Positions 25,665 to 36,670 of a stretch of 64,000 nucleotides of DNA are shown here, piece by piece. This DNA comes from Rhodobacterales bacterium. Its GTDB lineage: Bacteria; Pseudomonadota; Alphaproteobacteria; Rhodobacterales; CAZPXZ01. How positions within the stretch are numbered: the first letter of the stretch is position 1; every line of letters begins with the position of its first letter. The stretch lies in NCBI GenBank assembly GCA_965217995.1, contig CBDCKB010000004.1:1283788-1347787 (forward strand), in the 5' to 3' direction. The position numbers were made by a program, and so were the translations under genes. The notes beneath the pieces were generated by a model, which ran no database searches, was not told the origin of the DNA, and worked only from the letters and a program-made list of their open reading frames with translations.

Positions 25665-26157
25665 CCGTGAACGGCCGCCGGGTGGCTGTCCGTTCGGTCC
25701 CTGCGGGAGTTTTGAGGTTTTCCAGCAAACTCGTTTTCGGGAGGATCGCACCGGCGGGTGAAAATCTGGCAGGCGACTGCACAGACCCCTTCTCCGGGGT
25801 GGCTGGCATGAAGCGTTCGGCCGGGCTGTGGATTCCCGGAGTGCCGGGCCAGGCGCGGATGTGGGGGACCTCGGGAGACCGGCAGGGCCGGTCCGATATC
25901 ACGCCGGAACAGCGGGTGTGCAAACCATCAAACACCTGTGTCACCTCCGACAGGCGGGGAACCAACGAGCAATGCCGGATGCAGTGATTGCGTACAGCCC
26001 CCTCGACTGTACGGCGTCAATCTGGCATCCTTGCGGATATTCATCCGGCCCTCTTGGAGGGTGGGTGATTTCCGGGAAGCATCGCATTTCAGACCCGGGC
26101 CGCATGAACCACAATCTGGCTGCAGTTCACAGCTGGCATTCGTCGAGGTGTTGCAGG

Positions 26158-26667
26158 ATGATCCGCTTACCCTTGTATTTTCTGTTGCCGCTGGCAGGGG
26201 CGCTTGCGCTGGCTGGCTGTAGCGGCGGCGAGCTCCGCCAACAGCTCGGCCTGGTCCATCAGGGGCCGGACCCGTTTGCCATCACGACCAACAAACCTAT
26301 TGAGCTGCCGGAAGACACAACCCTGCCGGTGCCGCAGCCGGGCAAGGCTTCGCGGGTAAATCCCAGCCCCCTGGACACAGTGCGGCGAATTCTTGGGGTG
26401 TCGGTTGTGGAGGCGGCATCGGCCGGTTCGGAGGAATCCCTGCTGGCCGCGCTCGGGGTGACGGAAGCAGATCCTGGGATCCGCGAATTGGTGGACCAGG
26501 AGGCGGAGCAGGAGCGGGAGGCCATCGGCGTGCCTCTGGTGCATCAATGGTTTGGCCTTGCGGACCGGGCGCTCCGGGATGCCCACATACTTGATCCCGC
26601 CGCCGAAACCGAGCGGCTCCGCGCCGCGGGTCTGGTTTCGTATCCGGGCGGCGGAGGGGAGCGCTGA
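26158..26667 (+). CDS. DUF3035-like lipoprotein
   Basis: ATG 26158 within ORF 25828..26667. It has a lipobox (LPLAGALALAGCSG) and then PDPFAITTNKPIELP..., typical of small alphaproteobacterial DUF3035 lipoproteins. Confidence 0.65.
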   Translation: MIRLPLYFLLPLAGALALAGCSGGELRQQLGLVHQGPDPFAITTNKPIELPEDTTLPVPQPGKASRVNPSPLDTVRRILGVSVVEAASAGSEESLLAALGVTEADPGIRELVDQEAEQEREAIGVPLVHQWFGLADRALRDAHILDPAAETERLRAAGLVSYPGGGGER

Positions 26668-26671
26668 ACGG

Positions 26672-28021
26672 GTGGAGGCCGCACGCGCGACCGCGTTTGG
26701 GGCTGCTTGTGTCACCGTGGCGGGGCTGCTGGCGGCATCGGCGGTGGGCGAGGAAGGTTCGAAGGTGAACGAGTTCCGCCTCGGCAACGGGATGCGCGGC
26801 GTGGTCATCGAGGATCGTCGGGCACCGGTGGTGACGCATATGGTCTGGTATCCGGTCGGCGGTGCCGACGATCCGGCCGGGCGCTCGGGGCTGGCGCATT
26901 TTCTCGAGCACATGATGTTCAAGGGCACCGAGCGGCTTTCCGGGGAGGGCTTCACGCGCAAGGTGGCCGAGAATGGCGGCCAGTCCAACGCTTTCACCTC
27001 CTATGACTACACGGCCTATTACGAGCGCGTCGCACGCGACCGCCTGGGGTTGGTGATGGAGCTGGAGGCCGACCGGATGGCGGGCATCACCCTCGGTCCC
27101 GAGGCGATCGGAAGCGAACGCAACGTGGTCATCGAAGAGCGCAATGAGCGCATCGATGTGAACCCGGATGCACTGTTCAGCGAGCGCATGGGGGCGGCCC
27201 TCTATCTCAACCATCCTTACGGCCGGCCGCTGATCGGCTGGCGGGGTGAGATCGAGGCTATCGAGCGCGAGGATCTGGTGGCGTTCCACCGTCGGCATTA
27301 TGCGCCGGATCGGGCCTTGCTGGTGGTCGTGGGGGATGTGAGTGCGGAGGAGGTCGAGCGGCTTGCCGAGGATGCCTATGGCGGTCTTCCGGCAGCGGGA
27401 ATCACTTCGGCCGCCCGGCCGGCCGAGCCGCCGCACCGCGCGGCCCGCCGGATCCGGATGGAGGATCCGCGGGCGGTAAAGCCGAATTTCCGGCGCGACT
27501 ATCTGGTGCCATCGCGGCACAGCGCCGGAGCCGAAGAAGCCGCCGCGCTCGCCGTTTTCGCCGGGGTGCTTGGCGACGGTCCCGACAGCCGTCTCGGCCA
27601 GGCGCTGGTGGAGACCGGGCGGGCGCATGTCGCTGGGGCGTATTACAGAGGCTCCCTGCGCGATTATGGCTCGGTCATCCTGGCGGCGGTGCCCGCGGAC
27701 GGAATTTCGCTGGAGGAGATCGAGGCGGATATCGACCGCGAAATCCGGAAACTGGCCACGGAGGGTCCGACGCAGGACGAACTCGCACGGATCAAGACCC
27801 TGGTGCTGGCGGGGGAGATTTACCGGCTGGACAGCCAGTTCGGGCTGGCCCGCCGCTATGGCGCAGCCCTGACCAATGGCGAGACGGTTGCGGAAGTCCA
27901 GGCCTGGTCGGGAAAGATCGAGGCGGTCAGTGCCGCAGAGGTCATCCGGGCGGCGCAGGAACATCTGCGTCTGGAGAGTTCGGTGACCGGCTATCTTCTG
28001 TCACCAACCGGGCCGGGTTGA
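26672..28021 (+). CDS. M16-family (pitrilysin-like) zinc peptidase, catalytic-type subunit
   Basis: Inverted zinc motif HxxEH (GLAHFLEHMMFKGT). The GTG start at 26672 was chosen just after the upstream stop and is uncertain. Confidence 0.85.
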   Translation: MEAARATAFGAACVTVAGLLAASAVGEEGSKVNEFRLGNGMRGVVIEDRRAPVVTHMVWYPVGGADDPAGRSGLAHFLEHMMFKGTERLSGEGFTRKVAENGGQSNAFTSYDYTAYYERVARDRLGLVMELEADRMAGITLGPEAIGSERNVVIEERNERIDVNPDALFSERMGAALYLNHPYGRPLIGWRGEIEAIEREDLVAFHRRHYAPDRALLVVVGDVSAEEVERLAEDAYGGLPAAGITSAARPAEPPHRAARRIRMEDPRAVKPNFRRDYLVPSRHSAGAEEAAALAVFAGVLGDGPDSRLGQALVETGRAHVAGAYYRGSLRDYGSVILAAVPADGISLEEIEADIDREIRKLATEGPTQDELARIKTLVLAGEIYRLDSQFGLARRYGAALTNGETVAEVQAWSGKIEAVSAAEVIRAAQEHLRLESSVTGYLLSPTGPG

Positions 28022-29383
28022 GTGCGGGGCGTGTTCTTTGCTTCCGCTCTGGTGGCCGCATCGGGTTGCGTGTCGGGCCGGGATGTCGGTTCCGCACCCA
28101 CGGTCGCCACACCCGCGGAATCCCGTCCGCGCATCCAGCATGTCGTCAGCCCGGGGGGGATCGAAGCCTGGCTGGTCGAGGAGCGGTTCATTCCGATGCT
28201 TGCCATCGAGATCGGTTTCGCCGGCGGGGCGTCCCTCGATCCGGATGCCGGGCATGCGGGCCGTGCCCAGCTCCTGGCCGGTGCGCTGGAGGAGGGCTCC
28301 GGCGAATACGACGCGCCGGCCTTCCGGCGCGAGGCCGACGCGGTGGCATTGCGGCTTCATGCCGGTGTCGGCCGCGACCGCTTCCGGATCGGTGCCAGGA
28401 TGCTGACCCGTCACCGGGCGCGGAGTCTCGAGCTCCTGCGGCTCTATCTTGCCGAGCCCCGCTTCGAAGCCGGGGGGGTCGGGCGGACCCAGGCACGCAC
28501 GGTCGCCTCGTTGGAGCAGTCGCTGGAACAGCCGGATGTGGTGGCTGGCATCGAATGGGGCCGCCTGGCCTATCCGGAGGATCCCTACGGGCGGCCGGTC
28601 GCGGGCACGCCGGAATCGGTGGCCGGGCTTTCGGTGCAGGATCTTCGCCCTGCGCATGCCGAGCAGTTCGATCTCGGTCGGCTGAAGGTGGGGGTGGTCG
28701 GGGATATCAGCGCCGCCGAACTCGGGCCGGTTCTCGACGAGTTGTTCCGGGGACTGCCGCGGCATGCCTATGTCCCGCCCGCACCGGTGGCGGCCCCCGT
28801 AGCGCGCGGACTCGCGGTGATCGAGCGGGATGTGCCGCAGAGCGCGGTGCGTTTCGGCCATGCGGGCCTGCGCCGCGACGATGCCGATTTCATTCCCGCC
28901 TATGTGCTCAATTACATTCTGGGCGGGGGTGGCTTTGATTCGCGTCTCAACGTCGCGGTCCGCCAGGAGCGCGGCCTCGCCTACAGTGCCTATTCCTACC
29001 TGGTCCCTCTCGTCCGCGCGGGATTGCTGCTGGGCGGGCTCAATACCTCCAACGAGACCGCCCGCGAGGCGGTGGCATTGGTGCGGGAGGAATGGCGGCG
29101 GCTGCTCGAGGCGGGTGTCGATGCGGAGGATCTCGACCGTGCCAAGCGCTACCTGACCGGGTCCTATCCGCTGAATTTCGATTCCAATGCAAAAATCGCG
29201 CAATGGATGATGAACACCCAATTTGAAAATCTCGGTATCGACTACATCGATCGCCGCAACGCGCTGGTGGAAGCGGTGACGCTTGAGGAGCTGCACCGGG
29301 TTGCGGCCCGGCTGATCGATCCGGACGCGCTTCTGTTCGTGGTGGTGGGCCGTCCGGCCGGCATGAGCACGGAGCTGAATTAG
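28022..29383 (+). CDS. M16-family peptidase, second (non-HxxEH) subunit
   Basis: 453 aa with the M16 fold pattern but lacking HxxEH. It is paired immediately downstream of the catalytic-type M16 gene, which is the usual two-gene arrangement. Confidence 0.82.
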   Translation: MRGVFFASALVAASGCVSGRDVGSAPTVATPAESRPRIQHVVSPGGIEAWLVEERFIPMLAIEIGFAGGASLDPDAGHAGRAQLLAGALEEGSGEYDAPAFRREADAVALRLHAGVGRDRFRIGARMLTRHRARSLELLRLYLAEPRFEAGGVGRTQARTVASLEQSLEQPDVVAGIEWGRLAYPEDPYGRPVAGTPESVAGLSVQDLRPAHAEQFDLGRLKVGVVGDISAAELGPVLDELFRGLPRHAYVPPAPVAAPVARGLAVIERDVPQSAVRFGHAGLRRDDADFIPAYVLNYILGGGGFDSRLNVAVRQERGLAYSAYSYLVPLVRAGLLLGGLNTSNETAREAVALVREEWRRLLEAGVDAEDLDRAKRYLTGSYPLNFDSNAKIAQWMMNTQFENLGIDYIDRRNALVEAVTLEELHRVAARLIDPDALLFVVVGRPAGMSTELN

Positions 29384-29387
29384 GGTC

Positions 29388-31148
29388 ATGCTTGAGGTGG
29401 TCCCGCAGATCCGCCGGCTTGGGGAAGCGGTCATCAACCGGATCGCTGCCGGCGAAGTGGTCGAACGGCCGGCCTCGGCCGTCAAGGAGCTGGTCGAGAA
29501 TGCCTTGGATGCGGGCGCAGGGCAGATCTCCGTCCATATCGAGGAGGGGGGTCGCGGGCGCATCCAGGTGACCGATGACGGGATCGGCATCCCGCGCGCC
29601 GAACTGCCCCTCGCGATCGAGCGCCATGCCACTTCCAAACTTGCCACCGAAGACCTGCAGCAGATCCGCAGCATGGGATTCCGGGGCGAGGCGCTGGCGG
29701 CGATTTCCGGGGTGAGCCGGTTCAGCCTGGTCTCCCGTCCCGCCGGTGCCGAGCATGCCTGGCGGTTGGAGGTGAATGCCGGCGTGGCCGGAGAGCCCGC
29801 GCCGGCTCCGGGCGGGGAGGGGACCACGGTCGAGGTTCTGGATCTGTTCTATGCGACGCCGGCACGGCTGGGGTTTTTGCGCAAGCCGCGCACGGAGGCG
29901 GCGGCGGTCGCCGATGTGATGCGCGATCTGGCGGTCGCCAGCCCGAGCACGGGTTTCCTGTTCTGTGATGACGGCCGCGAGGTGTTGCGGGTCACGCCCG
30001 AATCGGGCGACCGGGACGAGGCACGGCGCGCCCGCATCGGCGCGGTATTGGGGGAGGGATTCCTGGAGAATGCGGTGCCGGCGGCCGGGCAGCGGGAAGC
30101 GGGCGCAGTCTGGGGCTATGCCGGGCTACCGACCCACAACCGGAGCAACGGCCACGCCCAGTATGTGTTCGTCAACAACCGTCCGGTGCATGACCGGGTG
30201 GTGCAGGGCGCGATCCGCGGGGCCTATCGCGACCTGCTGCCGCGCGGCCGCTTTCCGGTGCTCGCCATCTGGATCGAGACCGAGGCCGATCGGGTCGATG
30301 TCAACGTGCACCCGGCAAAATCCCAGATACGGTTTCGCGATGAGGCGGAGATCCGGGCCCTGATTGTCGGCAGTCTGCGCCGCGCTCTCACCGGCGCCGG
30401 GCATCTGGCGACGAGTGAGGGGGGGCGCGCGGCGCTGACCTCTTTCCAGCGGCAGCCGGAGTCGACGGGGGTGTCCGCCGGCGGGCCGGAGCTGTTTGCC
30501 GCGCCGCCTTCCGCTCCCGGTGCCGACCCGGCGGTGGTCGAGGCGGAGGGGCCGGCGCCGGGGGACTATCCACTCGGGGCGGCGCGGGCGCAGTTGCATC
30601 GGATGTTCATCCTCGCCCAGACCGAGAATGGAATTGTTCTGGTCGACCAGCATGCCGCGCATGAGCGCCTGGTCTATGAGCGGATGAAGGCCGATCTCGA
30701 GGCGAAGGGCGTGACCCGCCAGAGTCTGTTGATCCCGGATGTCGTGGAACTGCCACCGGGGGATGCCGATCGGGTGCTGGCGCGCAGTGCCGAACTCGCC
30801 GAACTCGGTCTGGTGATCGAGCCCTTTGGCGGGAACGCGGTGTGCGTGCGGGAGGTGCCGGAGATTCTGGGCGTGGTGGACACCAAAGGCCTTCTGCACG
30901 ATCTCGCGGGGGATTTTGCGGAGGACGGGGATGCCCCGGCCAGCCTGCGCTCCCGGCTGGATGCCGTCTGCTCGCGGATGGCCTGCCACAGTTCGATACG
31001 TGGCGGTCGGGCGTTGAGTGTGAACGAGATGAACCAGCTCCTGCGCGATATGGAGTCGACGCCGCATTCCGGGCAGTGCAATCATGGCCGCCCGACCTAT
31101 GTCGAGATGAAGCTCGACGATCTCCTGACACTTTTTGAGCGTCGGTGA
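29388..31148 (+). CDS. mutL: DNA mismatch repair endonuclease MutL
   Basis: N-terminal GHKL ATPase (INRIAAGEVVERPASAVKELVENALDAGA). The C-terminal endonuclease region has ACHSSIRGGRAL and CNHGRPT. Confidence 0.95.
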   Translation: MLEVVPQIRRLGEAVINRIAAGEVVERPASAVKELVENALDAGAGQISVHIEEGGRGRIQVTDDGIGIPRAELPLAIERHATSKLATEDLQQIRSMGFRGEALAAISGVSRFSLVSRPAGAEHAWRLEVNAGVAGEPAPAPGGEGTTVEVLDLFYATPARLGFLRKPRTEAAAVADVMRDLAVASPSTGFLFCDDGREVLRVTPESGDRDEARRARIGAVLGEGFLENAVPAAGQREAGAVWGYAGLPTHNRSNGHAQYVFVNNRPVHDRVVQGAIRGAYRDLLPRGRFPVLAIWIETEADRVDVNVHPAKSQIRFRDEAEIRALIVGSLRRALTGAGHLATSEGGRAALTSFQRQPESTGVSAGGPELFAAPPSAPGADPAVVEAEGPAPGDYPLGAARAQLHRMFILAQTENGIVLVDQHAAHERLVYERMKADLEAKGVTRQSLLIPDVVELPPGDADRVLARSAELAELGLVIEPFGGNAVCVREVPEILGVVDTKGLLHDLAGDFAEDGDAPASLRSRLDAVCSRMACHSSIRGGRALSVNEMNQLLRDMESTPHSGQCNHGRPTYVEMKLDDLLTLFERR

Positions 31149-31229
31149 TAAGGTGCGGCCGGTTTTGCTACCGCGTTGCCGTTCCAGGTTCTGCGCATTC
31201 GGGGTAGGTCCGGCGGGGCGGGGCAGGGC

Positions 31230-32936
31230 ATGACAGATTCTGCCGGGAAATCTCCGGAGCGGGCCGCCATTCGCGGCGCACGCAAGGCGCGGACGCGGCC
31301 CAAGGGGCGGCCGCTGGATCCCCGGGCACTGGAAGAGGTGCGGGCGATTCTCGGCCCCGCACCGGTCCGGCCGGATCTTCTGATCGAGTATCTGCACCGG
31401 ATCCAGGATGCCAGGGGGTGTCTTCCGGCCGCGCATCTGCGGGCACTGGCCGAGGTGATGGGCCTCGCGCAGGCCGAGATCTGGGAGGTGGCCACCTTCT
31501 ACGCGCATTTCGACCCGTTGCGCGAGGGCGAGACCCCTCCGCCTCCCGTCACGATACGGGTGTGTGATTCGCTCTCCTGCGCGATGGCGGGTGCCGGGGA
31601 GCTTCTTGCCGCGCTGTCCGAGGGGGTTGCCGCCGATCAGGTGCGGGTCGTGCGGGCACCCTGCATGGGGCGCTGCGACACCGCCCCGGTCGCCGTGATC
31701 GGCGGCAACCATATCGACCATGCCTCGACTGGTTCGGTGCTGGCGGCGGTCGAGGCGGGGGTCACCACCCCCACGCTTCCCGAATACGAGACTTTGGACG
31801 CCTACCGTGCAGCCGGTGGCTATGAGCTGCTGGCAGAATTGCGCGCCGGCCACCGGCCTGTCGAGGAAATCGAGAAGACTCTGCTCGACTCCGGCCTGCG
31901 CGGACTGGGCGGGGCGGGATTCCCGACCGGCCGCAAATGGAGTCTGGTGCGTGCCGAGCCGGCCCCACGCTATCTGGCGGTCAACGCCGATGAGGGGGAG
32001 CCGGGCACTTTCAAGGACCGCTACTATCTCGAGCGCACGCCGCATCGGTTCCTGGAGGGATGCCTGGCAGCGGCCTGGGCGGTGGAGGCCGGGCGCATCT
32101 TCATCTATCTGCGCGACGAGTATCCGGCTGCCCGTGAAATCCTGGCCGCCGAAATTGCTGCCCTGGAAGCCGCAGGCCTGGCCGAATCCGGAATGTTCGA
32201 TCTGCGCCGCGGGGCCGGAGCCTATATCTGCGGGGAAGAGTCAGCGATGATTGAATCGATCGAGGGCAAGCGCGGTCTTCCCCGGCATCGACCTCCTTTC
32301 GTCGCCCAGGATGGGGTGTTCGGCCGCCCGACCCTGGTGCAGAATGTCGAGACACTCTGGTGGGTCGCGCGTGTGCTGCGCGAGGGACCGGAGATCCTGA
32401 ATGCCCATGGTGCCAACGGTCGCAAGGGGTTGCGCAGTTTCTCGGTCTCGGGGCGGGTGCGCGAACCGGGCGTCAAGCTCGCCCCGGCCGGCATCACGGT
32501 GCGTGAACTGATCGACCAGTATTGTGGCGGCATGGCGGAGGGGCATGGGTTCAAGGCCTATCTCCCCGGGGGGGCTTCGGGCGGAATTCTGCCAGCCTCG
32601 ATGGGGGATATCCCACTCGATTTTGACACGCTGCAGCCGCATGGATCCTTCATCGGCTCGGCGGCGGTGATCGTGCTCTCGGACCGGGACAGCGCCGCCG
32701 ATGCGGCCCGCAACCTGCTCCATTTTTTCGAGGATGAGTCCTGCGGGCAGTGCACGCCCTGCCGGGTCGGATGCGAGAAGGCGGGCCGGTTGATGGCGGG
32801 AGAGGTGTGGGATGTGCCGCTGCTCGAGGAGCTGTCGGAGGCGATGGAGGATGCGTCCATCTGCGGTCTCGGCCAGGCGGCACCGAATCCGATACGTTCC
32901 GTATTGCGGCATTTCCGGGAGGAGGTCGGCCAATGA
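31230..32936 (+). CDS. fdsB: NAD-dependent formate dehydrogenase beta subunit (NuoE-like plus NuoF-like fusion)
   Basis: An N-terminal NuoE-like 2Fe-2S module (CDSLSCAMAG...APCMGRCDTAPV) is followed by a NuoF-like FMN/NADH module (GLRGLGGAGFPTGRKW, ESCGQCTPCRVG). Its stop overlaps the alpha subunit start. Confidence 0.85.
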   Translation: MTDSAGKSPERAAIRGARKARTRPKGRPLDPRALEEVRAILGPAPVRPDLLIEYLHRIQDARGCLPAAHLRALAEVMGLAQAEIWEVATFYAHFDPLREGETPPPPVTIRVCDSLSCAMAGAGELLAALSEGVAADQVRVVRAPCMGRCDTAPVAVIGGNHIDHASTGSVLAAVEAGVTTPTLPEYETLDAYRAAGGYELLAELRAGHRPVEEIEKTLLDSGLRGLGGAGFPTGRKWSLVRAEPAPRYLAVNADEGEPGTFKDRYYLERTPHRFLEGCLAAAWAVEAGRIFIYLRDEYPAAREILAAEIAALEAAGLAESGMFDLRRGAGAYICGEESAMIESIEGKRGLPRHRPPFVAQDGVFGRPTLVQNVETLWWVARVLREGPEILNAHGANGRKGLRSFSVSGRVREPGVKLAPAGITVRELIDQYCGGMAEGHGFKAYLPGGASGGILPASMGDIPLDFDTLQPHGSFIGSAAVIVLSDRDSAADAARNLLHFFEDESCGQCTPCRVGCEKAGRLMAGEVWDVPLLEELSEAMEDASICGLGQAAPNPIRSVLRHFREEVGQ

Positions 32937-35701
32937 CTGATGTGACACCCGTATGGTTCGAACTCGACGGCCACAGGATCGAAGCGAAACCCGACGAGAC
33001 GATCTGGTCGGCGGCGGCCCGGGCCGGCACCCGCATTCCGCATCTCTGCCATGCCGAGGAGCCGGGCTACCGGCCGGACGGCAATTGCCGCGCCTGCATG
33101 GTCGAAGTCGAGGGGGATCGCGTCCTGCAACCCGCCTGTCGGCGGGTGGTGACCGAGGGCATGGTGGTGCGGGCGGCGACCGAGCGTGCCGAGCGCGCCC
33201 GCCGCACGGTCATCGAGCTCCTGCTGGCTGACCAGCCGCCCCCCGAGCTCGCCCATGACCGCCGCTCGCGGCTCTGGCACTGGGCCGGGGAGATGGGCGT
33301 GCAGGGGAGCCGGTATCCGGCCCGCGCCCGTGAAGACCTGCCGCCGCCCGATTCGAGCCATCCGGCGATGCGGGTCCATCTGGATGCCTGCATCCATTGC
33401 AATCTTTGCGTGCGCGCCTGCCGGGAGGTGCAGGTGAATGACGTGATCGGCATGGCCGGGCGCGGCCCGAACGCGAAAATCGTGTTCGACTTTGATGATC
33501 TGATGGGAGAGAGCACCTGTGTCGCCTGTGGGGAATGTGTGCAGGCCTGCCCGACGGGGGCGCTGATGGAAGCGAGCATGGTGGATGCGGCGGGTATCGG
33601 CGATTCGACCGCCTTCGATCGATCCGCCGATTCGGTCTGTCCGTATTGCGGGGTTGGCTGCCAGATCACCTATCGGATGCGGGAGGAGAAGATCGTCCGC
33701 GTCGATGGCCGCGACGGTCCGGCCAATGAGAAGCGGCTGTGCGTCAAGGGACGTTTTGGCTTTGACTACATCACGCATCGGCACCGGCTGACCCGGCCGC
33801 TGGTGCGCAGGGAGGGGGTTCCGAAAAATCTGGAGGTCGATCCGGGCAACCCACATGCCCAGTTCCGCGAGGTGGACTGGGAGGAGGCCCTTGATTTCGC
33901 CGCCGGCGGTCTGGCGCGGCTCCGCGATGCCCATGGCGGCCGGGCGGTCGCGGGTTTCGGTTCTGCCAAATGCTCGAATGAGGAAGCCTATCTCTTCCAG
34001 AAACTGATCCGGTCGGGTTTCGGCCACAACAATCTCGACCATTGCACGCGGCTCTGCCATGCCTCCTCGGTTGCGGCTCTGATGGAGGGCATCGGTTCCG
34101 GTGCGGTGACCGCCACGTTCAACCAGATCGAGCATGCCGATGTTGCCATCGCCATTGGCTGCAATCCGACCGAAAACCATCCGGTCGCGGCGACCTATTT
34201 CAAGCAGTTCGCCCGGCGCGGCGGCCAGCTGTTCGTGCTTGACCCGCGCGGGCACTCGCTCCGGCAGCATGCGACGCGGATGTTGCAATTCCGCCCGGCG
34301 ACCGATGTCGCGCTGCTGAACGCCATGCTCCACACCGTGATCGAGGAGGGGCTCGCGGACCGGCAGTATGTCGATGCCTATACGGAAGGATTTGAGGAAT
34401 TGCGCGCGCATCTGCAGGATTACGCGCCCGAACGCATGGCGGAGATCTGCGGGATCGCGGCGGAAGAGATCCGGGAGGTGGCCCGCGCCTTTGCCAAGGC
34501 CCGCGCGGCGATGATTTTTTGGGGCATGGGCATCAGCCAGCATGTGCACGGCACCGACAATGCCCGTTGCCTGATTTCCCTGGCGCTGATCACCGGCCAG
34601 GTCGGGCGTCCGGGCACCGGACTGCATCCGTTGCGAGGCCAGAACAATGTGCAGGGAGCTTCCGATGCCGGATTGATTCCGATGGTGCTGCCGGATTACC
34701 AACCCGTCACGGATGCAGGGGCGCGTGATGCCTGCGAAGAGCTCTGGGGCATCCGGATCGATCCGGAGCCGGGGCTGACGGTGGTCGAGATCATCAACGC
34801 GGCCCATGCCGGAGATGTGAAGGGGATGTATATCCTGGGAGAAAACCCGGCGATGTCGGATCCGGATCTGGATCATGCCCGCACGGCCCTTGCCCGGCTT
34901 GAGCATCTGGTCGTGCAGGACCTGTTTCTGACCGAGACGGCGATGCTGGCCGATATCGTGCTGCCCGCGGCGGCCTGGCCGGAGAAATCCGGCACGGTCA
35001 CCAACACCAACCGGCAGGTGCAGATGGGCCGGCAGGCGCTTGCCCCGCCCGATGGCGCGCGTGCGGACTGGCGGATCCTGGTGGATCTGGCCGGCCGACT
35101 CGGGCTGGACTGGAATTACGAAAGCCCGGCAGAGGTGTTCGCGGAGATGAAGCAGCTCATGCCATCCCTGGAGAACATCGACTGGGCCCGGCTGGAGCGG
35201 GAATCGGCCGTCACCTATCCGTCGCTCGGGCCGGAGGATCCCGGCCAGGCGGTGGTGTTTGGCGATGGATTCCCCCGCCCGGGGGGGCGGGGTCGGCTGG
35301 TTCCGGCCGCCCTCACATCTCCGGCCGAGGAGCCGGATTCCGAATATCCTCTGGTGCTGACCACCGGTCGGCAGCTCGAACACTGGCATACCGGTGCGAT
35401 CAGCCGCAGGGCTTCGGTGCTCGACCGCCTCGAGCCGGCCCCGACCGCTTCGCTGAATTACCTCGAACTCGACCGGCTCGGCATCGCGGCGGGCGATCCG
35501 ATACGAGTGCTGACGCGGCGCGGGGAGGTGGTGCTGACCGCGCGTGCCGATGACTCGGTGGCCGAGGGTATGGTGTTCATACCTTTCGCCTATGTCGAGG
35601 CGGCGGCCAATCTGCTGACCAACCCGCAGCTGGATCCGATCGGGAAAATTCCGGAATTCAAATACTGCGCGGCCCGTGTCGAACCGGCCCACACATCATG
35701 A
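32933..35701 (+). CDS. fdsA: Formate dehydrogenase alpha subunit (molybdopterin, Cys-type)
   Basis: ATG 32933. It has an N-terminal 2Fe-2S plus 4Fe-4S ferredoxin module ([31 protein letters not shown]) and a molybdopterin domain (CPYCGVGCQ, active-site region [10 protein letters not shown]). 922 aa. Confidence 0.92.
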   Translation: MTDVTPVWFELDGHRIEAKPDETIWSAAARAGTRIPHLCHAEEPGYRPDGNCRACMVEVEGDRVLQPACRRVVTEGMVVRAATERAERARRTVIELLLADQPPPELAHDRRSRLWHWAGEMGVQGSRYPARAREDLPPPDSSHPAMRVHLDACIHCNLCVRACREVQVNDVIGMAGRGPNAKIVFDFDDLMGESTCVACGECVQACPTGALMEASMVDAAGIGDSTAFDRSADSVCPYCGVGCQITYRMREEKIVRVDGRDGPANEKRLCVKGRFGFDYITHRHRLTRPLVRREGVPKNLEVDPGNPHAQFREVDWEEALDFAAGGLARLRDAHGGRAVAGFGSAKCSNEEAYLFQKLIRSGFGHNNLDHCTRLCHASSVAALMEGIGSGAVTATFNQIEHADVAIAIGCNPTENHPVAATYFKQFARRGGQLFVLDPRGHSLRQHATRMLQFRPATDVALLNAMLHTVIEEGLADRQYVDAYTEGFEELRAHLQDYAPERMAEICGIAAEEIREVARAFAKARAAMIFWGMGISQHVHGTDNARCLISLALITGQVGRPGTGLHPLRGQNNVQGASDAGLIPMVLPDYQPVTDAGARDACEELWGIRIDPEPGLTVVEIINAAHAGDVKGMYILGENPAMSDPDLDHARTALARLEHLVVQDLFLTETAMLADIVLPAAAWPEKSGTVTNTNRQVQMGRQALAPPDGARADWRILVDLAGRLGLDWNYESPAEVFAEMKQLMPSLENIDWARLERESAVTYPSLGPEDPGQAVVFGDGFPRPGGRGRLVPAALTSPAEEPDSEYPLVLTTGRQLEHWHTGAISRRASVLDRLEPAPTASLNYLELDRLGIAAGDPIRVLTRRGEVVLTARADDSVAEGMVFIPFAYVEAAANLLTNPQLDPIGKIPEFKYCAARVEPAHTS

Positions 35702-35714
35702 AGCGGAGACTCCT

Positions 35715-36593
35715 GTGACGGCAAAAATTCTGAACGGCAAGGCTCTTGCCAACCGGCTGGTGGGGTGGGTCGCCGACGAGGTGAAAGCGATCGTGTCCTC
35801 CGGTCTGAAACCACCGGGGCTCGCGGTGGTGCTCGCCGGCGAGGATCCGGCCAGCCAGGTCTATGTGGCGAGCAAGCTTCGCCGGGCCGGAGAGGTCGGG
35901 ATGCATTCGGTCGAGCGCCGCCTGCCGGCGGATGTCTTGCAGCCGCAGCTGTTTACAGAAATTGTGGAGCTCAACGCGGACCCGTCGGTGCACGGAATCC
36001 TTCTGCAGCTCCCGCTGCCCTCCCAAATCGACGAGGCGGCCCTGCTCGATGCGGTGGTGCCCGAGAAGGATGTGGACGGTTTCCATGTGGTCAATATGGG
36101 CCGCCTCGCCTCGGGCGGAGAAGGGGCGGTGCCCTGCACCCCCAAAGGCTGCATGATCCTGCTCCGCGATCATCTGGGCGATTTGACGGGCGCGCGTGCG
36201 GTGGTGCTGGGGCGCTCGAACATCGTCGGCAAGCCGATGGCGCAATTGCTGCTGGCCGCGAATGCCACCGTTACGGTTGCGCATTCGCGCACCCGCGACC
36301 TGCCGGAGCTCTGCCGCGAGGCGGATATCCTGGTGGCGGCTGTCGGCCGCCCGGAAATGGTGCGCGGCGACTGGATCCGACCGGGTGCCACGGTGATCGA
36401 TGTCGGGATCAACCGCATTGCGGCCCCCGAACGGGGCGAAGGCAAGACCCGGCTGGTGGGTGATGTGGCATTTGAGGAAGCCTGCGAGACAGCCGGTGCG
36501 ATCACGCCGGTGCCGGGCGGGGTTGGGCCGATGACGGTTGCCTGTCTGCTTGCCAACACGTTCGAGGCCTATCGGAAGATCGAGGGCGTCTAG
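35715..36593 (+). CDS. folD: Bifunctional methylenetetrahydrofolate dehydrogenase / methenyltetrahydrofolate cyclohydrolase
   Basis: GTG 35715 follows GGAGAC. It contains [43 protein letters not shown] and [10 protein letters not shown]. Confidence 0.95.
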   Translation: MTAKILNGKALANRLVGWVADEVKAIVSSGLKPPGLAVVLAGEDPASQVYVASKLRRAGEVGMHSVERRLPADVLQPQLFTEIVELNADPSVHGILLQLPLPSQIDEAALLDAVVPEKDVDGFHVVNMGRLASGGEGAVPCTPKGCMILLRDHLGDLTGARAVVLGRSNIVGKPMAQLLLAANATVTVAHSRTRDLPELCREADILVAAVGRPEMVRGDWIRPGATVIDVGINRIAAPERGEGKTRLVGDVAFEEACETAGAITPVPGGVGPMTVACLLANTFEAYRKIEGV

Positions 36594-36635
36594 ATATGAA
36601 CGGCAGATAGGTTGTTGTCGATTTCCTGCGGTTTC

Positions 36636-36670
36636 CCCCGCCTGTCGGGCGGGGCCATATGTGTTTGACT
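36636..36670 (+). terminator. Candidate intrinsic terminator after folD (weak U-tract)
   Basis: A 7-bp GC stem (ccccgcc / ggcgggg) with a 5-nt loop lies at 36636-36654, ~45 nt after the folD stop. It is followed by ccatatgtgtttg, which is only a modest T-run. Confidence 0.3.
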
